Virus record (IMG/VR): IMGVR_UViG_3300020048_000017
Span: 115,179 to 179,178 of that record
DNA length: 64,000 bases
From: a virus
Reading direction: 5' to 3' (one strand)
Positions 11,001-18,863 of the stretch are shown here, in pieces; position 1 is the first letter of the stretch, and every line of letters begins with the position of its first letter. The notes beneath the pieces were generated by a model. It worked only from the letters and a program-made list of their open reading frames with translations. It was not told the DNA's origin and did no database searches. Both the position numbers and the translations under genes were made by a program.

Positions 11001-12705
11001 CCACTGGCTTAGCGGAACTAGAAGCTCCCCCAACACCCTTTTTGATCATCTGGGACTCCTGATCAAAAGCTTGTGGTAAAAATCCTCCTGCGGCTCTTCT
11101 CACGGGCCTAGTGGGAATAGGTCTTCCCGTCGCAGCTCTGTTGACGTTAGTCGTCGTAGCCGCGAAGTAAGCCGCCTGTGCTCGCGTTTCCTGAGTAATC
11201 ATTTTCATGACCCTCAAAATAGCTTGAGCTTGTTGCTCTTCAGTTTTAGCGGCAGAAATAATCGCTATATGAGATTCGTTCTGACTGTTTAAAACAGCTT
11301 CAATTTGAGCTTGGGTAATTGCATATTTATTAGTGAATCCTCCAATAGCAGCAAGATCTTTAAGCGCTCCGCTAAAACCTACCGAGAAAGACTTGCCTAT
11401 TTTGAACAAGGCCCCACCTAAAAGAACAAGGGCTGGTCCAGAAATAAACTCTCCGATACCCTTCAGGAGGATTTCCCCAATACCGCCATCTTTAAACTTT
11501 TCAAATTCTGCAAAAACTGTATTTAATCCTCCTAAAATATTTCTAACTAAAGGCTCAATAGTTAAAGACCCCATCCCCGAATTAAATTGTTGGAGATTAT
11601 TCTGGGTTCTAATGAAAAGTGCGTCAAGCGTTTCGTTAAGAATAGCAGTTCTTGTAGCAGCTTGGTTAGTAGAATTATTAGCAATATTTAAAGCCCCAGC
11701 GTAAACAGAATACTCAGAACTTAAATCCGCTAAAAGAGCTTGAAGAGTGTTAACTTGATAAATACCAGCAGTAGCTTCGGTGACCGAAGATTTTTGTGAA
11801 GAGCTTAAAGTTTGGAACTTTTTAGATAAGTCTGTTAAGATATCCAGAACGGGAAGGGTATCACCCTCCAAGTTTCTCACCGCAACTCCTAGACCCTCTA
11901 AAAGATCCAAGGTCTCCGAAGACTTAGTTCTAGTAAAAATAGATTTAAGACCGTTACCAATAACCGCACCACCACGCGCAGTTCTTTCCTGAAGTGCGGT
12001 AATTATTGAAATAAGTTGGTTGAACTCAACGCCAGATTCAGCAGCGGCAGCGCCAGTTCTCTGAAGAGCATTTGCTAAGTCGTTTTCTGCAACAGCGTAT
12101 GCGGCAGAAACACTCGCAAGTCTTTCGACAGCATCTGTAGAATTTAAAGCCTCGTTTCTGAAAGTGTTAACAATAGCAGTTAAAGAAGACACTGCGTCGG
12201 CAGTGCTAATTCCAGAAAGCCTAACGAGAGTTAAAGCGTCTTTAGTTCTTACTAAAGTATCATTTAAGTTTAGACCCTGTCTGGCAAATTCGTTAGCTAC
12301 ATCTGCCGCTGCCGAGAAAGCCGTGCCAGTTTGGTTAGCTACTTGGAAAACATCTTTTTGAAACTGTTTAAAGTTTCCAGAACTAGCTTGCAAAATAGAT
12401 TGGATTTGAGCAAATGCAAGTTCAGTTTCTCTTACAGATTGAACCAGCGCTACGAAAGCTCTTTGAGTCCCGTAGATAGCAGATGAAACAGAAGCGATAG
12501 AAACAAATACTTCAGCAGACCTAGAGAGAGATTTTGATAATCTTTCACTTTGAACAGTAAGGCTAGATAGGGATCTACTTGCTTTTGAAGAACTTATAGA
12601 AAGTCCGTTGGAATTTATTTCATTTTGGAGACGCGCATACGCAGCTCTGACGTCCCTCACCATAGGGGACACATCCGCACCAATGCTTAGAATTCCGTCT
12701 GCCAT
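4999..12705 (-). CDS. Tail tape measure protein (TP901-like N-terminal core), 2568 aa
   Basis: Typical helical core (ELAFAQIQSIL..., LANALQRTGAAAAESGVEFNQLISIITALQERTARGGAVIGNGLKSIF); follows tail tube and chaperone genes. Confidence 0.92.
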   Translation of the reverse strand: MADGILSIGADVSPMVRDVRAAYARLQNEINSNGLSISSSKASRSLSSLTVQSERLSKSLSRSAEVFVSIASVSSAIYGTQRAFVALVQSVRETELAFAQIQSILQASSGNFKQFQKDVFQVANQTGTAFSAAADVANEFARQGLNLNDTLVRTKDALTLVRLSGISTADAVSSLTAIVNTFRNEALNSTDAVERLASVSAAYAVAENDLANALQRTGAAAAESGVEFNQLISIITALQERTARGGAVIGNGLKSIFTRTKSSETLDLLEGLGVAVRNLEGDTLPVLDILTDLSKKFQTLSSSQKSSVTEATAGIYQVNTLQALLADLSSEYSVYAGALNIANNSTNQAATRTAILNETLDALFIRTQNNLQQFNSGMGSLTIEPLVRNILGGLNTVFAEFEKFKDGGIGEILLKGIGEFISGPALVLLGGALFKIGKSFSVGFSGALKDLAAIGGFTNKYAITQAQIEAVLNSQNESHIAIISAAKTEEQQAQAILRVMKMITQETRAQAAYFAATTTNVNRAATGRPIPTRPVRRAAGGFLPQAFDQESQMIKKGVGGASSSAKPVVVKGFNTGAGKETIVANTDEYIIKNYNGSGADAVFNKDMLRSVGGLKNLKFLGDVSRVSAGGFTPNLAGGNVPLRGPKGIIKVEKETIGLAKNLKEYSEANKLMAKELKRNQKILASARKKASIISNQLEQDSFMELSNLTKTDALKPAKKEKLLAQKETFDATVKTLARKEKANAKTLERISKESKIVSTELGRRTREEKKPILAAKKAFEAARSKRSGGVLPLTSKGTPEYEARLKAVTAKRSSRLEEAALLKKFTQEETDKKRNESLRAKAKIAAGTAAPTNTGLLTYDETRKKAELKLQNEAIKKQVEQDLINEGRMQGPVPPKPPDDPEDVLRKKRAKKAQLDAINAKLDAEELEKARKDFKTNQDLQRQAARQTRNIDPNRPVFGTQGYNDTLSSRIAERNRRNDLRSEKIKAQELKAQRSAKYGAALQRGQMGAFGASFLIPLAGEALKKEADEGGQQKIETWTNSLSTATAIFATFPNQIGLIAAAAAGLGIALKGVVDYNSTVGKSAETLKREAQEEANSTNEVVNSVRGYITSLNQLNDAIKSGASSSSIQELTSKSLESLFEIKDDGLRNKVIGISERQFTKEETDKGIDQFSEFQKALEEISDPSRKTVSQKEFGALLRTLDDQRIDGVTKISRLFSGKDENLKGIGYDSASSEIISELIRGVGPSNAISAEPVVDKFLQEGGSFEDLLKGLGLDNAATTVAEWSEKLGQSKGILAETLALDLKTLAINQRRVEAENDVAKAVVVAKEKLQDFSKGVSLSAKILNNNADREFSLKSFRATNNFESGANSVADSFVEAAVAKAEAINEARSKTFNLKESLVSQAGQSGSEARISQKELQERVKGINDLFSDFKNGDIGLKGLMTVVEDASNEEQIGTAEVIEQVSSTGLDLEDSLTKVREKLFASLERIRKSNTANLFGGLGAVSKGNPFEAGNKLFEARLSANEFISGDKPKDKEATQSFNEKGFEISKKLISARLNDLLERISNGLVREDVDSAGTTILSKLEEGLAKGGDKEALGKDAKDQISKLFPEGKTAAKDLANLVSTQARSSFQNDFSKFKSGTPSDVSKREDFKKITQEIENALKSGVPLESISLDPLGDIISKSKDKQSVLDFNLLKGSKSEAEKNISRVRADNDESGISDFGEAVIDKESGKNALSEAADAMIALAGQKDVQDQIRQNTEDAADFLQAIDDKFGALQNEFIESENSVSGRRKALEEVKIKNVQEKVSNSIISQRNLTSRIEAAKAERDETTSIATGYGVNTKIEKAPKASPERIKELEKEIESLEKVLEREIEKTRTLRTQLQVPATPSLASGFLPMDLESSLISKGVGGARSSAKPVLLNGVNTGSGKESIVANTDEYLVRNFRGSKKDAIFNREMVRNIGGFKNLQNMGSVSKVSAGGMLPKVLEKSFINSGVGGARPSASPVLLKNGVTANTDEFLVENFQGSGQDSIFNRDMLKRIGGLQNLKSLGKVSKVAAGGVVPVGGHSEESRLINITQKFSNDNSNENKEIIKILKEISNKRLTDLIKEIQACECGNKTTPAPTIPTPTIPTPAPTIPAPAPTIPAPTPAVPAPTPAPAVPAPAPTPAVPAPAVPAPTIPTPAVPNPLDQYKTPEDKRKEAYNKIIANANATKEERERKSRIIQDTADEAAQKRAGGTSDTQLGKAAAQQVMKRNALLNDPVKNPVAFDTFSGAGVVKENFGMEGDKVANTLNRINDLDGQLGEINAQKSAREKASVEKSDPKSDPNSAPEKIEYSEEQHNALIEYAWKLSTKIKNLKRNLVAVDRTSVIPERQNEINEKIDEWARNMPETYPEESALYRSEGKQDINPYISIDRKVLRKPQAQNRIKELEADLKLIDENLSRMSEGQSLIPMPSNSPVKPALPREVMDSIYLKQNRIENKDGTPAELNRLKEEIEKLKQGSSSGSSQTSLRLDGGRPLEVNVSFNGGQNQEVEKLVNVEFAKFQEQLQRGLDNFARNNKLAPSVVNTA
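6150..6354 (-). repeat. In-frame Pro-rich tandem repeat (PAPTIP/PAPAVP units) inside the tape measure gene
   Basis: GCAGGAGTAGGA/GCAGGAACC/GGAATTGTAGG units repeated on the + strand. Confidence 0.95.
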
Positions 12706-12724
12706 ACCTTATACCTTATAGTAA

Positions 12725-12730
12725 TTACAC
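12725..12730 (-). promoter_or_regulatory. Putative late promoter core GTGTAA upstream of the tape measure gene
   Basis: GTGTAATTAC followed by TATAAGGTATAAGGT-ATG. Confidence 0.5.
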
Positions 12731-12734
12731 TTTT

Positions 12735-13706
12735 TTAACTGTGTAATCTCATTAAAGTCTCCATATCTACTATTCCATTATTATTTAGCGCCGCTTTTTT
12801 AATTTCTGAGTCCATGTCTTTAACTTCTTGACCCCCAGTTATCTGTTTGATATCATCCGCAGTTGCCCCAACTAGAGATACGTTTTGACCAGCGTCACCT
12901 ACAAACTTTTTAGAGTTTACTACTGTGTTAAACCAGTCCTCAAGCCTGTCAGGGTCCGAAGCAATATCACTAGAAGGTGATAGTTCATGACTTAACATCT
13001 GCGCGTAGTTTTTAGCATAGATATAAAGTTCTGTTTGAAAAAAAGTAAGAGTAGCCACAGGCCTTCCATAAAATTCATAAGCATTCTCGGAAAGAGAAAC
13101 TAACGTCTGGCATTCTTGGCTTAAAGCGACTTTTTTGACACCTCCACCCATAATAGGAGAAATGGTTTCATTGTAAGCGTGTATCAGTTCTGATACATCT
13201 TCTTGGTCGATATCATCATGAAGGTCTTTGTTAATATATAGATTTTTTAAATCAGAGTCTTTATAAAGGGTGTTTAAAATAAAGAAAACCTCGGACTCCT
13301 GCTTAGCGAAGAATTCCTGAGTTTTACCTATTAATTCGGCACGCTCAGATAAAAGGCTATATAATTTAGCCTTCATTTCTTTAATGTTTTGATTTATTAT
13401 TTCTTTATAAGATGGTAATAAGACATTTTTTTTAGACTCAGAAGTCCTGTTTATAGAATTTCTCAAATTTTCAATCTCATTTTCTTGAGCCTCGGACCAT
13501 ACGCTCTCTCTATACAAAAATAGTAATCGATCCGACTCTGAGTCGATACCTAACTCTTTGGCTTTTTCGAGTTCTAAATTATAAACAAAGTCGGTCTCCA
13601 TGCCATCATAGAAACCGTAATGCTTTGCGTAAATAACACAACCCTTAAATAAAAAGGGGGTCTTACCTAAGATTATAGAACTAAAGTGCTCTCGCGAGCC
13701 GCTCAT
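12735..13706 (-). CDS. Probable tail assembly chaperone (second)
   Basis: Helical 323 aa immediately upstream of the tape measure gene. Confidence 0.5.
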   Translation of the reverse strand: MSGSREHFSSIILGKTPFLFKGCVIYAKHYGFYDGMETDFVYNLELEKAKELGIDSESDRLLFLYRESVWSEAQENEIENLRNSINRTSESKKNVLLPSYKEIINQNIKEMKAKLYSLLSERAELIGKTQEFFAKQESEVFFILNTLYKDSDLKNLYINKDLHDDIDQEDVSELIHAYNETISPIMGGGVKKVALSQECQTLVSLSENAYEFYGRPVATLTFFQTELYIYAKNYAQMLSHELSPSSDIASDPDRLEDWFNTVVNSKKFVGDAGQNVSLVGATADDIKQITGGQEVKDMDSEIKKAALNNNGIVDMETLMRLHS

Positions 13707-14443
13707 TGCTTATAAAGGATCTCAAAGATCTCATCAAAATCCTCTTTGGCAGAAGCCCTTCCAACATACCACATGGATAGAACTGTAGAAGCTTTTTCAA
13801 GGATTTCCGAGTAAAAATCTTTATCCTCATCTAGAAGACTTTCGTAATAGTCATTTTTTTCTTCTACAGATTCCCCAATGAAAGGGTTTTTTTCTACACC
13901 ATCTTCTTCGATGAAGATCAGGTTGCAAATTAACCATTCAATAGTTTTATCCCTAGCTAGGTTTTCGGCAGAATTCACATAGATTTCCTCTTCTTCCGCT
14001 CTGAACTTCTCAAGAGCTTGGTGAACCTCTACAAATCTTTTGAAAGTTTCTTGGGCTTTTTCTTCGTGTTCAGCTTTCAACTTTTTAGTTTTGGCTTCTT
14101 TGGCGGAAAGTTCTTCGAATTGAACATTGCCTTGAAGGGCCGCATATTCATTAAGAAGTTTTTGACGCTCTTTTTCTTGAGCTTCCGAAAATACCCCGCC
14201 ATTTTCGTTATAAGCTTTTTTGATCATTGCGCGAGTAACGATTCCTTTTTTCATAGCATCTGAGTAAACAGAGTGATGAAAGGTTTCAATTTGCTTGCGC
14301 TCTACCCTAGATGGGTTTTTCAAAACAATCTTAACAGGAACGAGTTCCTCGACAGTTTGAACAATTTTTTTACCATCTCCTTGATCCTCGGTTTTTTCTA
14401 CCGATTTTTTTTGATTTACGTTAAACGAGTATAACTCTTTCAT
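13703..14443 (-). CDS. Probable tail assembly chaperone (first)
   Basis: Acidic coiled-coil protein between tail tube and tape measure genes. Confidence 0.5.
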   Translation of the reverse strand: MKELYSFNVNQKKSVEKTEDQGDGKKIVQTVEELVPVKIVLKNPSRVERKQIETFHHSVYSDAMKKGIVTRAMIKKAYNENGGVFSEAQEKERQKLLNEYAALQGNVQFEELSAKEAKTKKLKAEHEEKAQETFKRFVEVHQALEKFRAEEEEIYVNSAENLARDKTIEWLICNLIFIEEDGVEKNPFIGESVEEKNDYYESLLDEDKDFYSEILEKASTVLSMWYVGRASAKEDFDEIFEILYKQ

Positions 14444-14448
14444 ATCCT

Positions 14449-14730
14449 TTATCCTTTATTAAATTCACTTTCAAATTCCCTAGACAATTCGTTTGCTTTG
14501 TCTAATACCCTTTTCCTACTCCTTGACAAAAAATCTTCATTGATAGGATCATACAACTCTATGATCTTATTGACTATGTCCGCACTCTCAGGAAATTCCT
14601 CAAGAACGCTTTTTAGTTTAGACTTTCTCTCATAATTATCTTCGTCTAGATCCTCTAAGATATCTAAACAAAATTTTGCCAAGAGAATAATCTTCCTGTG
14701 CGCTGTAAAAACCCGCCAATCCTTTTCCAT
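14449..14730 (-). CDS. Hypothetical protein
   Basis: 93-aa ORF in the tail operon with AAGG upstream of ATG. Confidence 0.6.
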   Translation of the reverse strand: MEKDWRVFTAHRKIILLAKFCLDILEDLDEDNYERKSKLKSVLEEFPESADIVNKIIELYDPINEDFLSRSRKRVLDKANELSREFESEFNKG

Positions 14731-14752
14731 AATACCTTATACCTGTAATAAG

Positions 14753-14778
14753 ATACAAGAAATTAATCGTTTTGTGAA
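14753..14778 (-). promoter_or_regulatory. Putative late promoter TTC-N17-TTGTAT
   Basis: Variant of the recurrent motif. Confidence 0.45.
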
Positions 14779-14827
14779 CGAAAAAATCCGCCATAAGACG
14801 GATTCTTCGAGAAAGCTATGTAAAAGC

Positions 14828-15910
14828 TTATTGGTAATCTGCGGCGGTTTTACCAGAGATAAACAGTCCGTTAAGAAGGTCTTCTGGACCACCGATTTGT
14901 GCAGTCCAGTTCATTGTGACTGTTTGAGCAGGTCCAACACTCGAAGACCAGCTTTGAGAATCTAGCTTAGCATTCTTGATAGAGTAAACAACGGCGACGT
15001 CTCCATTACCAGCACAGCTAGGCTCTTTAAGACTTACAGACATATCGTAGCCAACATCATTACAAACAAGATTGTTCAATTTCCCAGTAGAAAGGTCACC
15101 CATTAAGGCTTCGACCTGAAGAGAGACGTTGATAGGGAAGTTAATCTCTTTAGACTTAGCGTATTTAGAGCCAAGGCACTCGATATCTTCACGCGCCAAA
15201 TCAAACGACAGAGAATAAGATTGAATACAAAGATCAGTAGCGTCTACAAGAAGCGCAGAGTTCCCGAGGGAAAGTGTGATATCACCAGCTTGAAGGGCTG
15301 TCGATTGACCAACGTTTCCAGAAACGGCAGTAGGGATAGTAAATTGCACACCTACGATAGATTGACCATTAACAGGGTTGACGGCAGGGATTGGTTGGGA
15401 TACTCCGCTTGCATAACCTTGAATATGAAGAGCTTCAATATTAACAGAAGCAGTTGGGAAAGAACCTACAGAACCTTCAGTAGAATAAGAAGCGACAAAA
15501 CCATTTCCGATACCAATAACAGAACCATTAGCAGGGCCAGAAGCGTTGCCATTAGCGTCAGAGCCAATAGGAGTCGTCAGAATAAAGTAATTTTTATCAT
15601 CTGAAGCTTTGCTTAAGAGCCCCGAAATACAAGAGACGGCTCCGTCAACATTAAACCCAAGCTTTTCTTCGTTAGCAGCATTAGTAACTAAATAAGAAAA
15701 ATCCAGAGTAACCTGAGGAGCCGAGATTTGAACTCGGTCAATAGCTGCTAGGCTCCCGAATTGATTAACGTCCTCACGATTTAAAGTGAAGTCATAGTTG
15801 ATAGATTGGACCCTGTGAAGCTGTTCAACAGCTCCTGAGTGAGAACCTGTGCTAGGAGTAGGTCCTACGAAAAGGGCTTGGGAAGGAGAGATGACGCGAA
15901 TTCTGCTCAT
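14828..15910 (-). CDS. Major tail (tube) protein
   Basis: RVQSINYDFTLNREDVNQFG...APQVTLDFSY and QSYSLSFDLAREDIECLG tube-like strands; position after neck genes. Confidence 0.8.
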   Translation of the reverse strand: MSRIRVISPSQALFVGPTPSTGSHSGAVEQLHRVQSINYDFTLNREDVNQFGSLAAIDRVQISAPQVTLDFSYLVTNAANEEKLGFNVDGAVSCISGLLSKASDDKNYFILTTPIGSDANGNASGPANGSVIGIGNGFVASYSTEGSVGSFPTASVNIEALHIQGYASGVSQPIPAVNPVNGQSIVGVQFTIPTAVSGNVGQSTALQAGDITLSLGNSALLVDATDLCIQSYSLSFDLAREDIECLGSKYAKSKEINFPINVSLQVEALMGDLSTGKLNNLVCNDVGYDMSVSLKEPSCAGNGDVAVVYSIKNAKLDSQSWSSSVGPAQTVTMNWTAQIGGPEDLLNGLFISGKTAADYQ

Positions 15911-15933
15911 AATTTAAAGATTTCTAAAGTTAA

Positions 15934-15959
15934 TTACACCAACAAATTACTGAAGAGAA
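15934..15959 (-). promoter_or_regulatory. Putative late promoter TTC-N17-GTGTAA
   Basis: Intergenic, 24 nt upstream of the tail tube ATG. Confidence 0.65.
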
Positions 15960-16757
15960 TTACTTTTTATCGTGATGTAGTTCAAAAAACAATCTACCTA
16001 TAAAGAAGTCTGGGTGCATTTTTGAAATAGAGTCGTTTTCCACTGGGTAGTAGTTAATAGCGTTAATTCTCAACAAATCGTTACTACCAGAATAAGCCTG
16101 TAATTGGTGTTCATAATTATAGCCGCCCGTTTTATAACCCCCAGAAAAATTCAGAGCGGTTTCGTTAATTACGGGAATATAACTAAACAACTTATCCATA
16201 AAGATAGAGACTACAGCGTGAAGTTTGAATTCGTCGTTAGAGTATATTAGGGCATTAAAAAAATACTTTCTAGTAATAGAGCCACCGAAAGCAAGGGGCG
16301 AAACCTGTTGCATTTCGGGCCGGATAAATATACAAGGGGCTACAATACTATTAGGAGCAAGACCCGTCATCGGAATGTTGATAGGATGAGGTCTTAATTG
16401 AGGTCTGTCTTCGAAAATAAGCTTAGCTAACGGAGAGGTAGTCATATAGATGTTAAACTCTTTAATAGCATAATTAACATTTCCAGAAGGTTTGCTTCCA
16501 AAAGTCCGACCATTTCTATAATCGATAGCTTGAACCTCAATTCCTGAAGCTGTTGGGATATTAGCCCCTGTGATACTTTGATCGTGAACCATTTGATAAA
16601 AAGGCGCTGAATAAGCCGGAACCCCGTTTAAAGATCCGCTAGGCATATTATAAAAGGGAGTAGATATGTTTATATACGCATCCCCATCTTTCAGAAGGGT
16701 GTGGTCGAACCACTCTACGAAACTATCTACAACTTTATGATCGTGTTGAGTCTTCAT
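15960..16757 (-). CDS. Probable tail terminator/completion protein
   Basis: Synteny, directly upstream of the tail tube gene. Confidence 0.45.
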   Translation of the reverse strand: MKTQHDHKVVDSFVEWFDHTLLKDGDAYINISTPFYNMPSGSLNGVPAYSAPFYQMVHDQSITGANIPTASGIEVQAIDYRNGRTFGSKPSGNVNYAIKEFNIYMTTSPLAKLIFEDRPQLRPHPINIPMTGLAPNSIVAPCIFIRPEMQQVSPLAFGGSITRKYFFNALIYSNDEFKLHAVVSIFMDKLFSYIPVINETALNFSGGYKTGGYNYEHQLQAYSGSNDLLRINAINYYPVENDSISKMHPDFFIGRLFFELHHDKK

Positions 16758-17512
16758 TAATTAAACCTAGCAGCAAGCCCAAAACTATTTAAATTCTTCT
16801 TAAAGTTATTTAAAATTTGAGTTATGTAAGGAGTAGGGGAAAACTCTCCTTCCCGAATTTCATTTTTCATTTGTAAACCTCGTTTAGAAACAGATTTCAC
16901 CATATCGTCTTTAAAGGGTAGATAATTAGAATACCCAGCAATGCCTTTTTCAACAGCAAATGGCCAAGGATTTGTCTTTTCCCAGAATAAACACAGGTTC
17001 TCCTTAGAGGCAAAGTCGGACTCGTCAGGAATTGAAACATTGAATTCAAAAATAATTAAATCGCCACTCGTTTTAAAACCTTTGTATCCCTCGAAGGTTA
17101 TATAATTATTCAAAAAATCTTCAAGATCAGAGATTGGTTTCGACCCAGCAGGGAATCCAATAAAAGAAAACAAATCTCCACCTGAGCTTAAAAACGTAGA
17201 TTTTCCAGTTGGTCCTGCTTGGATCTCTCTAGTTATGGGGTGATTTTTAAGTTCTTCGATAAGGATTTTTTTGCACTTTTCAAAAATAATTACAGGATCT
17301 TGGGAGATTTTACGACCTAGCCTGATAGCCTGTGGAGAGGTAGAAACTGTAGAAGACTTGTAACCAACTACGCCACCTCCTTGAGAAGTAGCCTTGACAG
17401 ACTTTACTTTAACAGCTTTTGGACTTACTACGGATTTAACTACATTATAGGTCGCCACAACAGGACTTATTATACTTGCCGCTATTCCTAATAATCGATC
17501 TTTTAAGCTCAT
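16757..17512 (-). CDS. Probable neck/tail completion protein
   Basis: Basic protein in the neck module; synteny only. Confidence 0.4.
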   Translation of the reverse strand: MSLKDRLLGIAASIISPVVATYNVVKSVVSPKAVKVKSVKATSQGGGVVGYKSSTVSTSPQAIRLGRKISQDPVIIFEKCKKILIEELKNHPITREIQAGPTGKSTFLSSGGDLFSFIGFPAGSKPISDLEDFLNNYITFEGYKGFKTSGDLIIFEFNVSIPDESDFASKENLCLFWEKTNPWPFAVEKGIAGYSNYLPFKDDMVKSVSKRGLQMKNEIREGEFSPTPYITQILNNFKKNLNSFGLAARFN

Positions 17513-17976
17513 TAATTTTGTTTCATTAAAGTGAATGTAAATAACTCCATATCTAAAATGCCAACTCTTCTTATGTCAGAATTGAGCCTATAAATTTCGT
17601 TAAAGAAAACAATCTTGTCGGTTTGTAATAGAAATTCATAACAGTCTTGAAGACATTGAATTTTAACAGTCCCTACACCTTGAGCCATTTTAACGCGAAT
17701 ATCAACGTCATCGGGCTGGTAAGTTAAATACTGTTGAGGAAATGTGGGGAACCAGATTCTTACTTCAAAAGATTCTTTTACTTCTTGGTAAGTAATCTGA
17801 TTAGCCCCATAAGCGGTAGAGCCCCAGTTTGAGCTATACTCGTTACCAATACTGATGATAGTTTCAGTAGGTGCTTTATACAGAGTGAATTCATGGGGTC
17901 TCTTCCAAGTGTCGAAGATATCCATCATCCTAGCCTTATAGACTTCTTTTGCAGCACTACTGATTAAATCACTCAT
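17512..17976 (-). CDS. Probable head-closure protein
   Basis: Small beta-rich protein after the adaptor gene; start taken at MSDLISS. Confidence 0.4.
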   Translation of the reverse strand: MSDLISSAAKEVYKARMMDIFDTWKRPHEFTLYKAPTETIISIGNEYSSNWGSTAYGANQITYQEVKESFEVRIWFPTFPQQYLTYQPDDVDIRVKMAQGVGTVKIQCLQDCYEFLLQTDKIVFFNEIYRLNSDIRRVGILDMELFTFTLMKQN

Positions 17977-18490
17977 ACATTGACGCAATAACGTTCCTAG
18001 CTAAAAATGTAGGAGGTAAAAACCCGTCCAGACCATCCCAAAAGACAGGGTATGTTAGAACTTGTCTTGGAAGACACTGACCTTGGTTAAAACTGTGAAT
18101 CAAATCGTTCAGACAGGACTCGCAGTCAGAAGCTAGGCCTCTATATACCTTGGCCACTTCCGATGGCGAAGACCTCGAAATAAAGCCTTGTTCGTCTCCC
18201 TGAATTCTATTCCAAGCAGAGTCTGTTAAGGAATAAGCGGAAGCGTGACGAGCGGCCCTTTTTAAGAAATAGCAATCATACATTTGAGTATAAATCGCCA
18301 TGTCGTTAGTAGCCATCTCAGGAGAGACAGCCCCGCTTACCAAATCGTATTCGGAACCTAATTTAATATTTAGAATCCCCAAGTTGTTCTCAAGCCAACA
18401 GACTACAGAACTTTGAGAGATTCCAGAGTAACCCCCACAATCAATCATTCCACTGGCCCAGCCAGTCAAGTCTGAACTAGAGAATTGCAT
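17969..18490 (-). CDS. Probable head-tail adaptor
   Basis: Helical 173 aa downstream of the capsid gene. Confidence 0.45.
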   Translation of the reverse strand: MQFSSSDLTGWASGMIDCGGYSGISQSSVVCWLENNLGILNIKLGSEYDLVSGAVSPEMATNDMAIYTQMYDCYFLKRAARHASAYSLTDSAWNRIQGDEQGFISRSSPSEVAKVYRGLASDCESCLNDLIHSFNQGQCLPRQVLTYPVFWDGLDGFLPPTFLARNVIASMYE

Positions 18491-18768
18491 TATTTAGAAG
18501 TCTTTTGAAGATTCTTTCTTTTTTCAGACAGAAGTTGCTTGTGATCGTCAACACGAACTCCTTTAGCTTGATCTCTATTAAAACATTTCTCCAAAGCTCT
18601 AATCATCATACGCCTTTCATGAGAGGGTATTAAACCTTTCTCCATGCACAGATCTTGAAGTCTAGCTTTATTTAAAGTTAATAGATAAGCAGAGAATTCG
18701 GCTTTATTATTGAAGGTCGTAGTTTTATCGGGAGCCCCCATTATCGATCTTAATGATCCAGTTTTCAT
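18490..18768 (-). CDS. Small basic protein with a SAP/HeH-like helical motif
   Basis: LNKARLQDLCMEKGL pattern; start at MKTGS after the late motif. Confidence 0.45.
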   Translation of the reverse strand: MKTGSLRSIMGAPDKTTTFNNKAEFSAYLLTLNKARLQDLCMEKGLIPSHERRMMIRALEKCFNRDQAKGVRVDDHKQLLSEKRKNLQKTSK

Positions 18769-18778
18769 ATACTTGAGC

Positions 18779-18805
18779 TTACACACAAATTAAGTGTTTT
18801 GGGAA
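18779..18805 (-). promoter_or_regulatory. Putative late promoter TTC-N18-GTGTAA
   Basis: Intergenic motif just downstream of the capsid terminator. Confidence 0.55.
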
Positions 18806-18806
18806 T

Positions 18807-18837
18807 AAAAAAAAACTCCAGTTATTAGCTGAAGTTT
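18807..18837 (-). terminator. Rho-independent terminator after the major capsid gene
   Basis: Minus strand AAACTTCAG-CTAATAA-CTGGAGTTT followed by a T run. Confidence 0.85.
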
Positions 18838-18863
18838 CTTTAAAGATTTTCTGTCAGTTCTTA

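Noticed and set aside
5576-12361. Many plus-strand ORFs (60-165 aa) opposite the tape measure gene, and the Leu-rich frame 6090-6365
   Set aside because: These are antisense or alternate-frame shadows of a long coding gene and of the Pro repeat; they are Ser/Leu/Phe-rich with no start context.
13703-13730. Lambda G/GT-type programmed frameshift between the two tail chaperone genes
   Set aside because: No X XXY YYZ slippery heptamer near the end of the first gene; the genes are joined by an ordinary ATGA overlap.
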